Assembly (NCBI GenBank): GCA_964408365.1 | Contig: CAYOZB010000002.1 | Coordinates: 1 to 56,716 of the forward strand | Reading direction: 5' to 3' | Source: an uncultured Halobacteriales archaeon | GTDB lineage: Archaea; Thermoplasmatota; E2; JACPAO01 | Length of the DNA: 56,716 bases | In this document: one piece after another, positions 52,863-56,716 of the stretch | Layout of the letters: the number at the start of each line of letters is the position of its first letter | Numbering within the stretch: position 1 is the stretch's first letter | Translations under genes and position numbers: made by a program | Notes under the pieces: generated by a model | Seen by the model: the letters and a program-made list of their open reading frames with translations, nothing else | Told to the model about the DNA's origin: nothing | The model's database searches: none

Positions 52863-53348
52863 TTAAGTGGGCGCGGCGCCGACGCAGTTGGTGTAGAATC
52901 GGACCTCTTCGATGATCGAAGCGTCTCCGTCGCTCAGGTAGAGTTGGACTTCGGTCAGCAATTCCAGGTTCGAAACGGCGGGAGCCTGATCCGTGATGAA
53001 CTCGGCCGAGCCGACCTGGACGACGGTCCCGTGAAAGCTCAGGCCGCGGTTCGATTCCAATTGGGTGATCGTCGCGAGCATCGTATCGACCCGGCCCTGC
53101 CAGTTCGTCAATCGGGTCGGGCACTGGATGACTCCAGCGTTGTCCGTGAGTTCGTCGTCCATGGCCTCGGCCAAACCGGTGCGAACAATGAGGAAATCCG
53201 TAAAGAGCGGGCTGGTGGCCTCGCGTCCGGCTTCTTGCCCGACCGTCGCTAGGAGGGCGGTCTGGGTGGAGAAGATGAGGTACGACATGACGAGGAGCAA
53301 TCCCGCCAGGAGGATCATCTGGCCGTGTTCGTCCCGCCTAGATGCCAT
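52863..53348 (-). CDS. pilin-like protein with class III signal peptide (161 aa)
   Basis: ATG at 53348 gives MASRRDEHG-QMILLAGLLLVMSYLIF. 11-nt overlap with the upstream gene. Confidence 0.55.
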   Translation of the reverse strand: MASRRDEHGQMILLAGLLLVMSYLIFSTQTALLATVGQEAGREATSPLFTDFLIVRTGLAEAMDDELTDNAGVIQCPTRLTNWQGRVDTMLATITQLESNRGLSFHGTVVQVGSAEFITDQAPAVSNLELLTEVQLYLSDGDASIIEEVRFYTNCVGAAPT

Positions 53349-54783
53349 ACCACACCACCAGTCGGATGTCATACACGTAGCGGGTCGTCGGGTTTCCCTT
53401 CGGGCTGAGGTGAATGTCGTACGCTTCGAGGCCGGAGGATTGGCCGTGTCCTTCGAAGTCCAGGTAGACCGGCTCTCCGAGGTCGATGTCGTTGAGGCCC
53501 CCCGCGTCCAGGTCGCCCCAGCGGACGGTCTCACTGGTGAAGGCGGACAGAAGCGTGGTCCCGAGGTCGGAGTCGCCCGCCGTTGCAATGCTTCCGAACG
53601 CGTAACTGCCGACGCGGGTGAGACGGCGATCCCCCTCGGAGACGACATTGTAGGGCGCCGTCATCGACAGGTACACGGCGTCCCCTTCCTCCAATTCGTT
53701 CGGGAACGTGCCGGTCTGGGTTGCGCGGACGAAGCCAGTCGTCACCGGCAGCAATGCAGTGGGTGTCGTCACATCCGTGTCTCCCGAGTCGACCCGGGTT
53801 CCAGCGGCGCATGGTTTGGTGAGCCGGCAGTTGGAATGGATGGTCAAGCGGAGGTCTCCTCGGGAAACGTCCGATCCGGCCGTCGTGAGGTCGAGATAGA
53901 GTGCGTCCTCCGCGCTGAAGCCAGCGGTCGCGACGTCAGCGTACTTGAGCCGCCCGCCGAAGGCTCCCGCGCTCACGAGACTCGTCGTGTTGTCGCGGTC
54001 CTTCGTGAGGATGGATGAGCCGGCACCGAAGATGCCCGGCGGGACGACGGTGAAGTAGGTGCAGTCCGTTGCCACCGCGCGGCAGACCTTGTAGGTGCCG
54101 TACACGATGTTTTCTGGGACCGTTTTCGTTCCGGCCGCGTTCGTGAACAGAGAAATCATCGTGTCTGGCGTCGGGGATTTTTCGTTCTCGACGCGGTTGA
54201 GCGGATCGTTGATGGATGAGACTTCGGCGGTCTTGAACCCGGTCGTCTCGTCGATCCGGATGATCATCGAGTCGTCGACCTCGGTCCCGAACTGATTCCA
54301 ATTGAACGTCATGAACAAGTGGCCGACCGACACGTCGAGCGCGGGTGGCACGAGGTCCTTCGGATGGATGGTCGTCGTCGAGACGCCGTTCGAATAGGAA
54401 AGAATGTACCGCGTGCCGGGCGGCAACGCCTGAACGAGATACTCCACGACCTCGCTTGTGCTCGGATCCGACGCGGTGGCGGGAGTATCCGGCGTTGTCG
54501 CCCCCTCGAATCCGAGCGCGAGACTCATCAGACGTTCCAATTCAGATCCAAACGGACACGGGCTTTCGTTGCAGTCGGAGCCTTGGGTCGGCGGCTTGGC
54601 CAGAAGCGCGACGAGCGTGTCATCGGCCAACCCCGCCAGTTCTGCTTGTTGGAACGTGGACGCCGACGTGGGGAGCCGGAACACGGAGGTGACGAACAAG
54701 ATGGTGAAGACCAGCACGCCCACGATGATGGCCTCGACGACATGCAATTGTGCGCGTTGGTCGCGTCGCCAGAGCCGCTTCAT
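53338..54783 (-). CDS. large pilin-like/TadE-like protein with class III-type N-terminus (481 aa)
   Basis: MKRLWRRDQRA-QLHVVEAIIVGVLVFTILFV. 4-nt overlap with the FlaJ/TadC gene. Confidence 0.55.
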   Translation of the reverse strand: MKRLWRRDQRAQLHVVEAIIVGVLVFTILFVTSVFRLPTSASTFQQAELAGLADDTLVALLAKPPTQGSDCNESPCPFGSELERLMSLALGFEGATTPDTPATASDPSTSEVVEYLVQALPPGTRYILSYSNGVSTTTIHPKDLVPPALDVSVGHLFMTFNWNQFGTEVDDSMIIRIDETTGFKTAEVSSINDPLNRVENEKSPTPDTMISLFTNAAGTKTVPENIVYGTYKVCRAVATDCTYFTVVPPGIFGAGSSILTKDRDNTTSLVSAGAFGGRLKYADVATAGFSAEDALYLDLTTAGSDVSRGDLRLTIHSNCRLTKPCAAGTRVDSGDTDVTTPTALLPVTTGFVRATQTGTFPNELEEGDAVYLSMTAPYNVVSEGDRRLTRVGSYAFGSIATAGDSDLGTTLLSAFTSETVRWGDLDAGGLNDIDLGEPVYLDFEGHGQSSGLEAYDIHLSPKGNPTTRYVYDIRLVVWYGI

Positions 54784-56716
54784 CCGATGAGCACCCGGAA
54801 GAAAAACCAGGACATGACAGTCATGATGACGGAGTGCTTGAGGCCGCTCAGCGGGTTTCCCTGCTGCATGATGCCGCTCACGAGGCCGCCGCCGATCCCT
54901 TGCACGATGGCCGCGTGGAAGAACACGGTCTTGAAGTCTTCCGGATCGAACTGTTGGATCGATGCGCCGGACACTTGGGCGCCAGTGTTGGCTCCGGCGG
55001 CTTCGTGGAACGCCGGCAGGAACTGGGCGGACAGGATGAAGACGACGACCAAGAACACCATGAATGCGATGTAGATGATGATCCCGTAGATCCCCATCTG
55101 GCGTTTTCGTTCCTCGACGATCTGTTTGATCTCACGCGCATCGTCAGAAGCGGCGGTCAAGATGTCGATGACGTTGCCTCCGGCGCGCGACGCTTCAACG
55201 ATGAGCGCGACGGTTCGTTCGATGAGCGGCGTCTGCACGCGACGGGAGAAACGCTGGAGCGCCTCGCTGAAGGAGACGCCCCACTCGACCTGCGCGTTCA
55301 TCTGTTTGATCTCGGGCGTGAGCGCGCCGTACACACCCTTCGATGCGCTTTGCAGGGCGCGGGGCAGGGTCATTCCCGCTCGTTCGGATTCGGCGAGGTC
55401 TCGAAGGAAGTCCGGGAACTTGTCGTCCATCGCGCGGATGCGCTTGAGACGGCGGCCGCGGTGCCAACCATAGGGCCCGACGCCGACGAGGAACGCGACG
55501 ATCAGCAGGTCGGTACCGTACTTTTCATGGAACGGCATCCGACCGAGAAGCGTCAAAAGGCCCATCACCGTGAAGAGGAAGCCGAAGAACCCGCTGAAGA
55601 TGAACATCACGCGGAGGTTGATCTGCGCGCGGCTCATGCGTTTCTTCGCGATGACTTCGCCCGTCGCCGCGCGGCGCTTCCGGCTTTCGATGTACCGGTG
55701 CTGGAAGTACCGCGTAAGCACGAGGCCTATCACGATGACGCCGACCAAGGCGTAGGTGACGATGATGAAGTTGAGGGATCGGTCGCTTTGTTCCGGGAGT
55801 TGTTTGGTCGCGACGCCCCCGAGCAGGAACATCGAGATGAGGACGAACGCCAGGCCGCCGAAGTACGCGTGAAGGGCCCGTTTCTGGATGTCGTCGCGCA
55901 CTTCCTTGTTCGCTCGTCGAGCGGCATCGATCTCACGGGTGACAAGCTGGGCGATCGCGGGGTACTTGAGAAGGACCTTGAAGGCGACGATCTGGAACAG
56001 GACACCGAGCGTGAGGATGTAGATCGCTTGCTCCGCCGTGATCTCGGCAAAGGGGCCCTGGTCGAGGATGCGGAAGCTCACGAGGAGCCCCAGCAGGGAG
56101 ATGACCGCGCCGGCCGCGAGGAGCGCCCATGAGATGGTCTTTTTCCAAGGCTTGAGGGTGTCTCGCGTATTGAAGCTCGTTCGGACGATGAGCAACATCG
56201 AACAGAACAGCAAGGTGAAGACGGCGAACAGGACATAGTTCGATGCGAACGCGACCGAGGCGTCCGACGTGCGGCTGATGAACCCGAGGAAGGCAAGGAG
56301 CGCTGCCGTCTCGAAGAACAGCATGAGGCCGAGGACGATCGTCGCGCCGACCGTCATGATGGTGAGGATCATGTCCTGTCGATACTTTCGCATGATCCGT
56401 TCGTCGAGGCTGCGTTTCTTGAGCTCGAAGTGGGCGGGTTCGAAGGCGAGGACGCCGCCCGTCAGCATCAGCGATGCGACGACGAGGACCGCGTGGATGA
56501 TGCTCGTGTCGAGTTGAATGAGGCCGAACCGGGCGAGCGGGACTACCGCCAGCAGAAGGAACGAGACGATGCCGACGGATTCGGTCAGGAACTGCAGGCC
56601 TTTGCTTTCCGTCACCGGTTTCGACGGCAAGGCCGTCTTTTCGGGGGCGGGCGCCGCCGGGATCCCGCCAGGACCAGCGGCCGCCGGCGGCACCGCGAGG
56701 GCGGTGGGCTTGCGAG
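54780..56716 (-). CDS. FlaJ/TadC/PilC-type (T2SS-F family) polytopic pilus-assembly membrane protein, possibly 5'-incomplete
   Basis: T2SSF-like segment DKFPDFLRDLAESERAGMTLPRALQ...GVSFSEALQRFSRRV...ASRAGG. Many TM spans. The frame stays open from the GTG at 56693 to the window edge. Confidence 0.75.
   Translation of the reverse strand, partial: RKPTALAVPPAAAGPGGIPAAPAPEKTALPSKPVTESKGLQFLTESVGIVSFLLLAVVPLARFGLIQLDTSIIHAVLVVASLMLTGGVLAFEPAHFELKKRSLDERIMRKYRQDMILTIMTVGATIVLGLMLFFETAALLAFLGFISRTSDASVAFASNYVLFAVFTLLFCSMLLIVRTSFNTRDTLKPWKKTISWALLAAGAVISLLGLLVSFRILDQGPFAEITAEQAIYILTLGVLFQIVAFKVLLKYPAIAQLVTREIDAARRANKEVRDDIQKRALHAYFGGLAFVLISMFLLGGVATKQLPEQSDRSLNFIIVTYALVGVIVIGLVLTRYFQHRYIESRKRRAATGEVIAKKRMSRAQINLRVMFIFSGFFGFLFTVMGLLTLLGRMPFHEKYGTDLLIVAFLVGVGPYGWHRGRRLKRIRAMDDKFPDFLRDLAESERAGMTLPRALQSASKGVYGALTPEIKQMNAQVEWGVSFSEALQRFSRRVQTPLIERTVALIVEASRAGGNVIDILTAASDDAREIKQIVEERKRQMGIYGIIIYIAFMVFLVVVFILSAQFLPAFHEAAGANTGAQVSGASIQQFDPEDFKTVFFHAAIVQGIGGGLVSGIMQQGNPLSGLKHSVIMTVMSWFFFRVLIG

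Noticed and set aside
1-56716. I looked for CRISPR arrays, IS elements, transposases, integrases, rRNA and tRNA genes anywhere in the window.
   Set aside because: I saw no regularly spaced direct repeats, no DDE or tyrosine-recombinase-like ORFs, and no rRNA- or tRNA-like segments in the intergenic regions longer than 80 nt. The island at 22.9-31.7 kb therefore cannot be called a mobile element on present evidence.

Overview
GC-rich, very gene-dense chromosomal segment of an archaeon. Gene content looks Euryarchaeota/Thermoplasmatota-like, but the taxon cannot be proven from the sequence alone. Archaeal hallmarks are Kae1, Bud32 and Pcc1 (KEOPS), archaeal-type PheT, Spt5/NusG, SecE, FtsZ, ribosomal S15 and L11, split GMP synthase, a short class-II-type HMG-CoA reductase, a PGF-CTERM tail and class III (prepilin-type) signal peptides. 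About 60 protein genes are supported. Many neighbours overlap by 4-14 nt (ATGA/GTGA), several convergent pairs abut or share stop codons, and TATA-like boxes often sit ~26-35 nt before start codons, which suggests leaderless mRNAs. I recognised no rRNA, tRNA, CRISPR array, transposase or integrase. Housekeeping blocks: aguB-aguA, kae1-bud32-rdgB, rps15-recJ-like-pcc1-serS, uvrC, pheT, hmgA, pyrB-pyrI, rpl11, spt5, secE, ftsZ, purB, purE and both guaA subunits. Unusual content: (i) a FlaJ/TadC-type pilus operon at the right edge with three pilin-like proteins, two of them giant (481 and 744 aa). (ii) At least nine lipobox lipoproteins, including a paralogous family (3 intact + 1 relic) with a CarboxypepD_reg-like domain and an invariant C-terminal ...PDA-stop, plus a weaker second family of three. 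(iii) The conserved ftsZ-secE-nusG-rpl11 neighbourhood is pulled apart by three inserts: a ~9 kb secretome/PadR-RDD island, a ~4.5 kb insert with a PGF-CTERM surface protein, and a ~700 nt ORF-free, helix-rich spacer between secE and spt5 that may encode an unclassified RNA. (iv) A visibly lower-GC vapBC cassette with a repeat-bearing promoter. (v) A possibly frameshifted Fic/Doc-like gene. All calls rest on reading the translated ORFs and DNA by eye; no database search was run.
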